A stretch of DNA of 64,000 nucleotides from an uncultured Oscillospiraceae bacterium (GCA_905236305.1 CAJOPB010000108.1:9968-73967), one strand, 5' to 3'. Positions 16,304 through 25,136 are shown, counted from the stretch's first letter. Notes: a model not told the origin generated them from the sequence alone. A program made the numbers and translations.

Positions 16304-17371
16304 TTACACATCCTTTGGAAAGCCGTTTGGGTTATTCTTTTGCCAGTTCCAGCTGTCCCGGCACATTTCCTCAATTCCGAATTCAGCCTTCCAGTCCAGC
16401 TCCCGCGCAGCCTTACCGGGGTCACTCCAGCATTCGGCAATGTCTCCTGCGCGGCGGGGCTGAATCACATAAGGGATAGTGAGGCCGTTGGCTTTTTCAA
16501 AAGAGCGGACAACGTCCAGAACGCTGTAGCCCCGACCGGTACCCAGATTATAGATAGCCACACCACAGCTGCGCTCTATTGCCTGCAGAGCCTTCACATG
16601 GCCCCTTGCCAGATCTACAACATGGATATAATCCCGGATACCGGTGCCATCGGGGGTGGGGTAGTCGTTGCCGAAGATATTCAGCTGCTTCAGCTTGCCC
16701 ACAGCCACCTGAGTAATATATGGCATGAGATTGTTGGGAATACCGTTGGGATCCTCTCCGATGAGACCGGAGGGATGGGCGCCGATAGGATTGAAATAGC
16801 GGAGCAGCACCACGTTCCAGGGCGCGGCATTGCCGTTTTTCAGATCAGCAGTGTGCAGATCCATCATAATCTGCTCCAGCATACTCTTGGTCTGCCCGTA
16901 GGGATTGGTACAGTGGCCTTTGGGGCACTCCTCGGTGATGGGAATTACAGCGGGATCACCATACACGGTGGCGGAGGAGCTGAACACAATACTTTTGCAG
17001 CCGTGGCGGCGCATCACGTCCAGCAGAACCAGGGTGCCGTTGATGTTGTTGTCATAATATTCCCAGGGCTTGGAAACAGACTCTCCCACTGCCTTGAGTC
17101 CCGCAAAATGGAGGCAGCAATCAAAGGGGAAGGGGCCCGCCTCGGCAAACACCCGCTCCAGCCCGGAGCGGTCCCGAATATCCACCGGGTAAAAGGGAAT
17201 GCTGCAGGGCATGCCTGTCTCCTGCTCCACGATTTGCTCCACACGCTTCAGTGCGACAGGACTGCTGTTGCAAAGATTGTCCACCACCACGGCCTCGTGT
17301 CCTGCCAGCAGGAGCTCAATTACCGTGTGGGAACCGATAAAGCCTGCTCCGCCGGTTACCAGAATCTTCAT
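16304..17371 (-). CDS. galE: UDP-glucose 4-epimerase
   Basis: [17 protein letters not shown] Rossmann N-terminus, a YGQTK catalytic motif, and a length of 355 aa typical of GalE. Confidence 0.9.
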   Translation of the reverse strand: MKILVTGGAGFIGSHTVIELLLAGHEAVVVDNLCNSSPVALKRVEQIVEQETGMPCSIPFYPVDIRDRSGLERVFAEAGPFPFDCCLHFAGLKAVGESVSKPWEYYDNNINGTLVLLDVMRRHGCKSIVFSSSATVYGDPAVIPITEECPKGHCTNPYGQTKSMLEQIMMDLHTADLKNGNAAPWNVVLLRYFNPIGAHPSGLIGEDPNGIPNNLMPYITQVAVGKLKQLNIFGNDYPTPDGTGIRDYIHVVDLARGHVKALQAIERSCGVAIYNLGTGRGYSVLDVVRSFEKANGLTIPYVIQPRRAGDIAECWSDPGKAARELDWKAEFGIEEMCRDSWNWQKNNPNGFPKDV

Positions 17372-17410
17372 AGGGATATGTCCTCCTGTTCGTTTGTAAT
17401 ATGGTTCTCT

Positions 17411-19189
17411 TTATGCTTCCGCCCGGGCAGCCGGACTGGAGGCAGCCCGTAAGCGGTATTTTCGTGCATATTCCTTATAATATCTGCGGAATTCCGGATC
17501 TCCTGCTTTCAGCCTGGCCTCGTATACGTGAGGCTCATATTCCGCGTGGCCGAGCTGCAGTACGCTCATGGCGATGTTGTCACAGTGGTCAGAAGCCCGC
17601 TCCAGATTTGTGAGAATATCCGTGAGAATAAAGCCGAACGTAACGGAATACTCTCCGGCCTTCAGACGGTCAATATGCCGCCTGCGCAATTCCTCACAGA
17701 GCTCGTCCACAACCTCCTCCAGAGATTCTATGTGTCGTGCCGGGACATCGTCCTCCCGGACAAAAGCGGAGACGGCCAGAGCAGCAGACTCCTCTACGGC
17801 AGAAAACAGTACCTCCAGCTCCTGCATGGAATCCGGGGTGAAGGAAAGGCCCTTGGTTTTCAGCTCCTCCGCAGACTCCATCACATTTCTTGCGTGGTCA
17901 CTGAGCCGCTCAAAATCGCTGATACCGTGGAGCAGCTTGGAGACCTCTCTGCTGTCTGCCGCAGAGAGGCGGCTGGACGAGAGCTTGAACAGATAGTTTC
18001 CGATCTTGTCCTCATAGCTGTCGATACGCTGCTCCAGCTGCCGAACCTCCCGCGCGGTTCCCGCGTCAAATACCCGCAGCGTTTCGATAGCCTTGGCAAG
18101 TGCCTCTGCGGCAAGTCCGGCCATTTCCTCAGTCAGTTCTTTGCACCTGGCCACAGCGACAGGGGGCGTTTTCAAAAAGTTTTCGTCCAGAAGCGCGAAT
18201 TTTTCTTCCTCCGGCTGCTTTTTTACAAGAATCCCCGTAAGACGCAGGATGTGTTTGGTGAAGGGAAGCTGAACCATTGCGCCTGCCGTCTTGTAGCAGG
18301 TATGGAGCAGGGCAATCTGGACAGCGTTGATGGGAACACGCAGAAATGCCCCATCCGTCAATGCCCGCACAAGGAGCAGGGGAATCAGGAAAATTACCAT
18401 GGAAAACAGATTTTGCAGCATATAGACCCAGGCTGCTCTCCGGGCATCCCTGTTGGACCCCGTACCGGCAAAGAGCACAATGAGTCCGGCACCGATGTTC
18501 TGGCCCATCACCAGAGGCAGTGCATTTCCCACAGTGATAACACCGGTCACGGCAGCGGCCTGAACAATGCCCACGGCAGCGGAGGAGGACTGGAGCACAG
18601 CCGCCATCACAAAGCCGGCAAGAATACCGGGAAGGGGGTGATCCAGTGCCACGAGAATGCGTTGAAATGCCGGCGCTGTGCGCAGCGGCTCCATCGCTTC
18701 GCTCATGGCATCCATGCCGAACATGAGAACCGAGAAACCCAGCAGGATGGAACCCAGGTCCTTGAGAGAGTCGGAATGGGTAAACACCAGCAAAATGGCG
18801 CCGGCAAAGGCAAGAACCGGCACAAAGCTGTCAGGGTTCAAAAGCCGGAGCAGAGTGCTCTCACCGGAGATGCTGTTCAGCGCAAGAAGCCAGCCCGTGG
18901 CGGTGGTGCCGATGTTTGCGCCATAGATCAGGCCGGCAGCCCCCTCCAGAGACATGATTCCGGAATTGATGAAGCCGACAATCATCACCGTCGTGGCGCC
19001 GGAGGACTGAATCACTGCGGTGACCCCGGCGCCCAGCAGCACAGCCATGATTCGGCTGGATACGATGCGCTCCAGGGCGGATTTCATTTTTCCGCCGGCC
19101 TGGCGGCGAATTGCCTCTCCCAGCACATTCATGCCGAACAGAAACAGTCCGAGGCCGCCGGCAAAGGCAAACAGAGAAAAAATATCCAT
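17411..19189 (-). CDS. Na/Pi-cotransporter family protein with C-terminal PhoU-like domains
   Basis: N-terminal repeats of the NptA type (FLFGMNVLGEA..., QSSGATTVM, QSSSAAVG). The C-terminal helical PhoU-like part contains SDHARNVMESAEEL and ERASDHCDNIA. I placed the start at ATG 19189 (MDIFSLF...) because a consensus promoter overlaps the two upstream in-frame starts. Confidence 0.8.
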   Translation of the reverse strand: MDIFSLFAFAGGLGLFLFGMNVLGEAIRRQAGGKMKSALERIVSSRIMAVLLGAGVTAVIQSSGATTVMIVGFINSGIMSLEGAAGLIYGANIGTTATGWLLALNSISGESTLLRLLNPDSFVPVLAFAGAILLVFTHSDSLKDLGSILLGFSVLMFGMDAMSEAMEPLRTAPAFQRILVALDHPLPGILAGFVMAAVLQSSSAAVGIVQAAAVTGVITVGNALPLVMGQNIGAGLIVLFAGTGSNRDARRAAWVYMLQNLFSMVIFLIPLLLVRALTDGAFLRVPINAVQIALLHTCYKTAGAMVQLPFTKHILRLTGILVKKQPEEEKFALLDENFLKTPPVAVARCKELTEEMAGLAAEALAKAIETLRVFDAGTAREVRQLEQRIDSYEDKIGNYLFKLSSSRLSAADSREVSKLLHGISDFERLSDHARNVMESAEELKTKGLSFTPDSMQELEVLFSAVEESAALAVSAFVREDDVPARHIESLEEVVDELCEELRRRHIDRLKAGEYSVTFGFILTDILTNLERASDHCDNIAMSVLQLGHAEYEPHVYEARLKAGDPEFRRYYKEYARKYRLRAASSPAARAEA

Positions 19190-19196
19190 ATGCCTC

Positions 19197-19225
19197 ATTA
19201 TAGGCGAACCGGGCGGCAGGTGCAA
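19197..19225 (-). promoter_or_regulatory. Promoter (TTGCAC-17-TATAAT) positioned so that the Na/Pi transporter mRNA would start at or next to its ATG
   Basis: On the minus strand, TTGCAC lies at 19225-19220, followed by a 17-nt spacer and TATAAT at 19202-19197. ATG 19189 lies 7 nt downstream of the -10 box. Confidence 0.5.
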
Positions 19226-19320
19226 GCGGTTGTTTTGTCAAAAATCCGGGGGTGTTTCTTAACGATATTACCGGTTCCGTAAAACTTGAGATGTCCCGAT
19301 TGCCGGAATCAAAACTGAGA

Positions 19321-19350
19321 TTGACACGCCGCACTGAGAGGTGGTAAAAT
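19321..19350 (+). promoter_or_regulatory. Promoter of the LUD-AOR operon (TTGACA-18-TAAAAT)
   Basis: TTGACA at 19321-19326, an 18-nt spacer, then TAAAAT at 19345-19350. This is 70 nt upstream of the first ATG. Confidence 0.55.
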
Positions 19351-19420
19351 AATTGTCTACAACTTCGCGATTGCCTTTGTCAGAACCATTGAACAATGCA
19401 GCTGGAAAGGAACGAGAAAA

Positions 19421-20053
19421 ATGCAAAACGAGAACATCACAAAGCGCAACGAGTTGCTGGCGCAAAAGGTGATCCGGGGCCTGGAGCAGCGCAATATGAC
19501 CGGGTATTATGCATCGGATCGGCAGAGTGCGCTGAAACAGGCGCTGACGCTGATTCCGGAAGGGGCTGCAGTAACCATGGGAGGCTGCATGAGCGCCTGG
19601 GAGATCGGCCTTGTGGATGCTGTCAAGCAGGGGAATTACCGTTTTATAGATCGGGATGCCATGGAAGACAAGCGGGCAGCCATGCTCGCTGCATATGACG
19701 CGGATGTTTTTCTGTCCAGTGCCAACGCCATCACAGAGGACGGCATACTGGTAAATATTGACGGAAACTCCAATCGGGTCTCCGCAATCGCCCAGGGACC
19801 GAAAAAGGTGCTGTTTATTATAGGCATGAACAAGGTTTGCGACGATATTGACGGGGCGATCAAGCGGGCCAGAAATGTGGCTGCCCCGATTAACGCCCAG
19901 CGCTTTGACCGGAACACGCCCTGCGCAAAAACCGGCTCCTGCCTTAACTGCAAGTCGCCGGATACAATCTGCTGTCAGTTTTTGATTACGCGCTTTTCGC
20001 GTCACGAGGGCAGAATCCATGTGATTTTGGTCAACGATAATCTGGGCTTCTGA
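19421..20053 (+). CDS. LUD-domain (LutC/YkgG-like, DUF162) protein
   Basis: 210 aa. Pattern GAAVTMGGCMSAWEIGL...DVFLSSANAITEDGILVNIDGNSNRVSA...KKVLFIIGMNKV and a Cys-rich C-terminus, typical of stand-alone clostridial LUD proteins. Confidence 0.7.
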   Translation: MQNENITKRNELLAQKVIRGLEQRNMTGYYASDRQSALKQALTLIPEGAAVTMGGCMSAWEIGLVDAVKQGNYRFIDRDAMEDKRAAMLAAYDADVFLSSANAITEDGILVNIDGNSNRVSAIAQGPKKVLFIIGMNKVCDDIDGAIKRARNVAAPINAQRFDRNTPCAKTGSCLNCKSPDTICCQFLITRFSRHEGRIHVILVNDNLGF

Positions 20054-20107
20054 TCGGAGCGGAAAGCGATTGATCGTTTCATATTATTGTAGGAGGCTGT
20101 TTCGGCA

Positions 20108-22042
20108 ATGGCTACGAAATACGGCGGATATATGGGGCGGGTCGTGGAGATCGACCTCAGCGCCAGGACAGTGCGGGAATACCCCTGGACGGACAAAGAC
20201 CGTGAGCTGTTCATCGGGGGGAAGATCATGGGAGCGAAGATCCTTTGCGACAGCTTCACGGGAAAGGAGAAGCCCTTTTCCGAGGATAACCGAATTGTCA
20301 TCAGTACCGGCCCTCTTACGGGTACGGGCGCCCCTTCGTCCGGACGTTTTAATATCTCCACACTTTCCCCCCAGACGGGCTTTATCACCTCATCCAACTG
20401 CGGCGGTTCCTTTGGCTATTATCTCAAGCGGGCGGGACTTGATGCGCTGATTTTGCGGGGGCGCTGCCCGGTCCACACCTGGCTGTGTATTGAGAACAAC
20501 CGTTTTATTTTCCGCTCGGCGGACCGGGATGGGCTGTGGGGCCTGCACGTCACTGAGAGCCAGGAGCGTATGGCGCTGCTTGCGGAGCAGGAGTGGGGCG
20601 GCAAGCGTGGTTTCGGACAGCTGGTAATTGGCCCTGCCGGAGAAAATCTGGTCCTCTATGCCTCCGTTCTCAGCGGGGAGCGGGCTGCGGGACGCACCGG
20701 TGTGGGCGCGGTGTTCGGATGGAAAAACCTCAAAGGCATCTGTGTCACGGGAAATCACGAGTTTCATGTTTTCAACCCGGAAAAAAATGCGGAGTGGAAC
20801 CGCAAATGGTTCCGGTATCTGCGCCGCCATCCGCTCACGGGGAACCAGCTGCCCCGTCTGGGGACCGCAGGTCTGGTGAGCTCCATGCAGATGCGCGGAA
20901 TGCTGGCAACCAAAAATTATACCTACGGACGCTACGACGATTTTGAACAGGTAAACGGCGAGACACTGGCCGAGGAGTACAACATCGTTAACCGCGGCTG
21001 CCTGACCTGCCCCATCAAGTGTGCCCGCTCCGTGAACGTGGACGGACGGGAGGTTAAGGGTCCGGAGCTGGAGACGCTCGGATTGCTGGGCGGCGGCATT
21101 CTGAACCGGGACCTGGAAAAGATCTTGCGCTGGAATCATGAGCTGGACGAGCTGGGCATGGATACCATCTCCTGCGCAAGTACGCTGGCCTATGCCATGG
21201 AGGCCAACGAAAAGGGGCTGTGGGACAACGGCCTTGCCTTTGGAAAGACCGATGAACTGTCCCAGCTGTTTGAGGACATCGCCTACCGGCGCGGCCTTGG
21301 AGCTGAGCTGGCGCTGGGCAGCAAGCGTCTGAGCGAAAAATATGGGGGCAAGGAATTTGCCATCCACGCAAAGGGCCTGGAGCTGGCCGCCTACGAGCCG
21401 CGGCGTGCTGTGGGACAGGGCCTGGGCTATGCGGTGAGCAACCGGGGCGGCTGTCATCTCAATGGCGGTTATCTTGTGATCCTGGAGGGGCTGGGCCTTT
21501 TTACCAATCCGCAGACCCGCCATGCCAAGGCGGATTTTACCATGCTGTTTCAAGACCTGATGGAGATGATCGGCGCCACAGGTCAATGCCTCTTTACCTC
21601 CTATGGCTTTTTCCCCGGCTTTTTGTTGACCCGGCCAAACGGAGCGGTTACCCGCACGGTAAACGCAGCCATTCCATATCTGGGTTGGGCGCTGCGCGTG
21701 GTAAACTGGTTTCCGCTGTTGCTGCATATCCACGTCCCGGTGGTCTTTCCCCAGACGAAAGCGTTTGAGTATGCGGTTGGAATGCCCATGACCTTTGGAA
21801 AGTATATTCGCTGCGGCGAACGGGGATACACTCTGGACCGCTATGTCTCCACCCGCTTCGGCGTGAGCTCCAAGGACGACACCCTGCCCAGGCGGCTGAC
21901 GGATGTTCCCCAGGACCCGGGCGACCCCAAATCCAGAGTCCCTCTGGAGGATATGAAGAAAACCTATTACCGTGCCCGGGGATGGGACAAAAACGGCCGT
22001 CCCACGCAGCGGACATTGCGCAAGTTGAAAATCCTGTCCTGA
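20108..22042 (+). CDS. aor: Aldehyde:ferredoxin oxidoreductase family (tungstopterin enzyme)
   Basis: N-terminus YGGYMGRVVEIDLSARTVREYPW...ELFIGGKIMGAKIL. The AOR N-domain and catalytic domains are present (GPAGENLVLYASV, NRGCLTCPIKCAR 4Fe-4S ligand region, GGCHLNGGY). 644 aa. AGGAGG SD. Confidence 0.9.
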   Translation: MATKYGGYMGRVVEIDLSARTVREYPWTDKDRELFIGGKIMGAKILCDSFTGKEKPFSEDNRIVISTGPLTGTGAPSSGRFNISTLSPQTGFITSSNCGGSFGYYLKRAGLDALILRGRCPVHTWLCIENNRFIFRSADRDGLWGLHVTESQERMALLAEQEWGGKRGFGQLVIGPAGENLVLYASVLSGERAAGRTGVGAVFGWKNLKGICVTGNHEFHVFNPEKNAEWNRKWFRYLRRHPLTGNQLPRLGTAGLVSSMQMRGMLATKNYTYGRYDDFEQVNGETLAEEYNIVNRGCLTCPIKCARSVNVDGREVKGPELETLGLLGGGILNRDLEKILRWNHELDELGMDTISCASTLAYAMEANEKGLWDNGLAFGKTDELSQLFEDIAYRRGLGAELALGSKRLSEKYGGKEFAIHAKGLELAAYEPRRAVGQGLGYAVSNRGGCHLNGGYLVILEGLGLFTNPQTRHAKADFTMLFQDLMEMIGATGQCLFTSYGFFPGFLLTRPNGAVTRTVNAAIPYLGWALRVVNWFPLLLHIHVPVVFPQTKAFEYAVGMPMTFGKYIRCGERGYTLDRYVSTRFGVSSKDDTLPRRLTDVPQDPGDPKSRVPLEDMKKTYYRARGWDKNGRPTQRTLRKLKILS

Positions 22043-22057
22043 GAGAGGTGGAAACAG

Positions 22058-22312
22058 ATGGTTCATGTCAGGCTGTTTGGACTGTTTCGGCTGGATTCCG
22101 GCTTGAAGGAGCTGTATGCCGAGGTGGAGAGTGTAAAGGAGCTTTATCCGATCCTGCTGGCGGAGGCGCGGAAGCGCCGGCCGGAGACCACGGTTACCGC
22201 CAGGGACATTGACGGATGCGTTGTCTTGGTCAACGGAAAGCAGAGCAAAAAAAGCGCCAGACTGTGTGACGGGGATGAGGTCATGCTGATGTCGCCGGTT
22301 TGCGGGGGGTGA
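22058..22312 (+). CDS. MoaD/ThiS-family ubiquitin-like small protein (C-terminal GG)
   Basis: 84 aa ending ...DGDEVMLMSPVCGG. It lies 15 nt after the AOR gene. Confidence 0.75.
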   Translation: MVHVRLFGLFRLDSGLKELYAEVESVKELYPILLAEARKRRPETTVTARDIDGCVVLVNGKQSKKSARLCDGDEVMLMSPVCGG

Positions 22313-22316
22313 GAGA

Positions 22317-23981
22317 ATGGGAACCTACTCGATTGCAGAAGCATGCATTGGCTGTACGCTCTGTGCCAAAAGCTGTCCGGTCAAGGCAATAACCGGAGTG
22401 CCAAAGCTTCTTCACAGGATTGACCCTGCGGTTTGCATTGGCTGCGGCCTCTGCGGACGCGTCTGCCCCCGGGGAGCTGTGCGCAACCCGGAGGGGAAAG
22501 CGGTTTCCCGTGTCCCTCGGGAAAAATGGGCACGGCCGCAGATTGACACAGTGGAGTGCGCCGGCTGCAGCGTCTGCATTGCCAACTGTCCGGAGGATTG
22601 CCTCACGCTTCATGTGCTGCGGAAAAAAGGAATTACGCGCACGGTGGCGGAGCTCTCACTGGAAAAGAATTGTATCGGCTGCGGCCTTTGTGCGGCAGAA
22701 TGTCCTGTCGGCGCAATCTCCATGAGTGTGCCGGGGGAGTCAACCACAATACAGAAACAGGAGGATTCACACATGGCAGGTTTCGCGTCAAAGGTGTTTT
22801 GCAGAAGCTTTCAGGGTGTTATGAAGGTGGGCAATTATTTTCTCGGATATCGGATGCCCAAATATATCGAGGGCCCCGGCAGCATTTGCCGTCTGCCCCG
22901 GATGCTGCGGGACAACCGGGTCTATCATGCGCTGATTGTGACAGACGGCAATCTGATGAAGCTGGGACTGCTGGATGGTCTTCTGAATGCGCTGAAGCGG
23001 GATGGAGTCCGGTATACCCTGTTCAGCGACATCGCGCCGAACCCGACCAGTGACGACGTGGAAAACGGCTACCGGATTTATCGGGAAAACCGCTGCCGTG
23101 CTTTGGTGGCGTTTGGGGGCGGCGCGCCCATGGATTGTGCCAAGGCCATTGCGGCCAGGTCTGTTCACCCGGATAAGACCGTGGCACAGCTGCAGGGAAT
23201 TTTGAAGGTGCACAAGCGCATTCCGCTGTTTTTTGCTGTGCCCACCACCTCCGGAACCGGTTCTGAGACAACGGTGGCCGCTGTAATCACCGACTCTGCC
23301 ACCCACCACAAGGCATCCATCAACGACCCCTGCATTATTCCGAAGTATGCCGTACTGGATCCGGAATTGACGATGGGCCTTCCGCCCTTTGTCACTGCCA
23401 CCACAGGGCTGGATGCTCTGTGCCATGCGGTAGAGGCATATACAAACCATACCTACAATACGCCGCTGGAAAATACCCTGGCCAAGGATGCTGTGCGTCT
23501 GATCTATGAGAACCTGTTCAACGCTTATCTCAACGGCGGGGATCTTGCCGCACGTCAGAATATGCAAAAGGCTGCTTTCTTTGCCGGAAGGGCATTTACC
23601 CGTGGCTGTGTGGGTTATGTCCATGCGGTGGGACATACATTGGGGGGCCTTTACGGAGTGCCCCATGGTCTTGCCATGAGTGTGATCCTGCCCAAGGTAA
23701 TGCGGCAGTTCGGTCCGGCAGTTTACACACGCCTCGCAGAGCTGGCGGATGTCTGTGGGATTTCCGGAGACACCGAAGAAGCCCGCGCTCTGGCCTTCCT
23801 GGACTGGATCGAGGACTTGGAGAGAAAGATGAATATTCCCCTGGGCTTTGACTGCATTCAAGACGAGGATATTCCGCAGATTATCACCTGGGCGAAAAAG
23901 GAGGCCAATCCGCTCTATCCCGTGCCTGTGATCTGGGGGGATGAGGACTTTAAAACACTTCTGCGCAGCATCCGGCTGTGA
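22317..23981 (+). CDS. Fusion protein: N-terminal polyferredoxin (4 x CxxCxxCxxxCP) and iron-containing alcohol dehydrogenase
   Basis: The first approximately 140 residues contain the motifs CIGCTLCAKSCP, CIGCGLCGRVCP, CAGCSVCIANCP and CIGCGLCAAECP. From approximately residue 160 a typical Fe-ADH follows (AFGGGAPMDCAKAIA, VPTTSGTGSETT, GLDALCHAVEAY, HAVGHTLGGLYGVPHG). Confidence 0.85.
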   Translation: MGTYSIAEACIGCTLCAKSCPVKAITGVPKLLHRIDPAVCIGCGLCGRVCPRGAVRNPEGKAVSRVPREKWARPQIDTVECAGCSVCIANCPEDCLTLHVLRKKGITRTVAELSLEKNCIGCGLCAAECPVGAISMSVPGESTTIQKQEDSHMAGFASKVFCRSFQGVMKVGNYFLGYRMPKYIEGPGSICRLPRMLRDNRVYHALIVTDGNLMKLGLLDGLLNALKRDGVRYTLFSDIAPNPTSDDVENGYRIYRENRCRALVAFGGGAPMDCAKAIAARSVHPDKTVAQLQGILKVHKRIPLFFAVPTTSGTGSETTVAAVITDSATHHKASINDPCIIPKYAVLDPELTMGLPPFVTATTGLDALCHAVEAYTNHTYNTPLENTLAKDAVRLIYENLFNAYLNGGDLAARQNMQKAAFFAGRAFTRGCVGYVHAVGHTLGGLYGVPHGLAMSVILPKVMRQFGPAVYTRLAELADVCGISGDTEEARALAFLDWIEDLERKMNIPLGFDCIQDEDIPQIITWAKKEANPLYPVPVIWGDEDFKTLLRSIRL

Positions 23982-23996
23982 GAAAGGATCGATAAA

Positions 23997-24782
23997 ATGA
24001 ACCTTTTCGCGTTCAGACACGGCAGGAAACCCGGAGATGAAAGCACAGGGTACAGTCGCCGCGGTGCAGCCGGCCGGCTGTCCGTTGCCGCACTTATACT
24101 CTGCCTTGCGGTGCTGTGCGGCTGCGGCTCTCAGTCGTCAGGGTTTGATATTCAAGCGGAAGGGGAGACAGGAAACAGCAGCGGCATCAATGCCCCGGTA
24201 CAGGAGCAGCAGCTGCCGGAACCGACTCCGACGCCGGCGCCCACTCCGATGCCCACTCCGACGCCTGCCCCGACGCCCACTCCGACGCCGCAGCCCTCGG
24301 AAAAGCCCGGCGGCATTGCCACGCTTTACCGCCGGCCGGAGACAGAGTCTCCTGCTGCGTCGGAGGTCATGGACCCTGCCCTGTCACAGAAGTCGAGAAT
24401 TCAGAAGATCAGGGAATGGTACGGCGAAACAGAGGGCCTTGGTGATGCATTGGAATCTCATATCTATAATGATGATATTACGTCCTTTTGGCATGAGGGG
24501 GACCTGGTAAAGGTGGACGTGCGGGAGGCACTGGATACCGCCACGCAGAACGGCCTGACTTACCATTACTATTACCGGGATGGTGCGCCTTATTTTGCCT
24601 ATGTAGTGGGTGCCAATCCGCGCAGCGAGCTGCGGTTGTATTTCTGGAACGGAGAACTGATCCGCTGGCTGGAAACAGATCACGTAATCCATCAGACCGC
24701 AAATGAAAAATATGCTGCTTATTTCGACGGCGCCAGCTCCATTTATCAGTCCATTCTGGAACTGGAGACACCAAAAGCATAG
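23997..24782 (+). CDS. Hypothetical lipoprotein with Pro/Thr-rich linker
   Basis: Hydrophobic N-terminus ending LAVLCGCGS (lipobox-like), then the linker PEPTPTPAPTPMPTPTPAPTPTPTPQP, then a C-terminal approximately 150-aa domain I do not recognise. It is the last gene of the AOR operon, 15 nt downstream. Confidence 0.6.
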   Translation: MNLFAFRHGRKPGDESTGYSRRGAAGRLSVAALILCLAVLCGCGSQSSGFDIQAEGETGNSSGINAPVQEQQLPEPTPTPAPTPMPTPTPAPTPTPTPQPSEKPGGIATLYRRPETESPAASEVMDPALSQKSRIQKIREWYGETEGLGDALESHIYNDDITSFWHEGDLVKVDVREALDTATQNGLTYHYYYRDGAPYFAYVVGANPRSELRLYFWNGELIRWLETDHVIHQTANEKYAAYFDGASSIYQSILELETPKA

Positions 24783-24795
24783 GGAAGCATACCAC

Positions 24796-24858
24796 AGTCA
24801 CGACATTTATGTCGTTGACTATAAATCCGGCAAAGCATTTGCCGGCAGCTGCCGAAGG
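24796..24858. repeat. Dispersed repeat modules C (AGTCACGACATTTATGTCGTTGACT) and A (CCGGCAAAgcaTTTGCCGGCAGCTGCCGAAGG)
   Basis: Module C matches 2855-2873 and 12012-12036. Module A matches 28948-28978 (CCGGCAAAtccTTTGCCGTCAGCTGCCGGAG). Confidence 0.75.
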
Positions 24859-24897
24859 CGGATTCATCAGCGTGGCCTAAAATATTTTTAGAAATTC

Positions 24898-24939
24898 GTC
24901 CGGCGGAGGGATGCATATTTACATTCCCATCCGCCGGAC
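24898..24939. terminator. Strong GC-rich hairpin in the convergent spacer between the lipoprotein gene and fumC
   Basis: GTCCGGCGGA...TCCGCCGGAC forms a perfect 10-bp stem, extended by GGGATG/CATTCCC. There is no clean U-tract. Confidence 0.45.
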
Positions 24940-25008
24940 GAGTGTCTGTTCTGATACGCAGTATACTGATCTTTATCCAAACGCTTGATACTAAACTTCT
25001 ATAAAAAG

Positions 25009-25110
25009 CTTTTATCCCTTAAAGCTTTTTTATCGCGCCGCAGGCGCGTTGCAGACTGTATAAGATTTATTTGTGCCCTGCGCCTCTCGGCGCACAGCGC
25101 TCTGCGCAAA
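25009..25110. repeat. Dispersed repeat modules E+B (AAAAAGCTT hairpin, GC clamp, GACTGTATAAGA core, TTTGTGC...GCGCAAA hairpin)
   Basis: Same module order as 40261-40343. The core is GCAGACTGTATAAGA here, compared with GGGATTGTATGAGA (40300), GAAGACTGTATGAGA (28985) and GAAGACTGCATAAGG (14631). Confidence 0.7.
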
Positions 25111-25136
25111 GGAAGCATTTTATTGAAAAAATGGTA

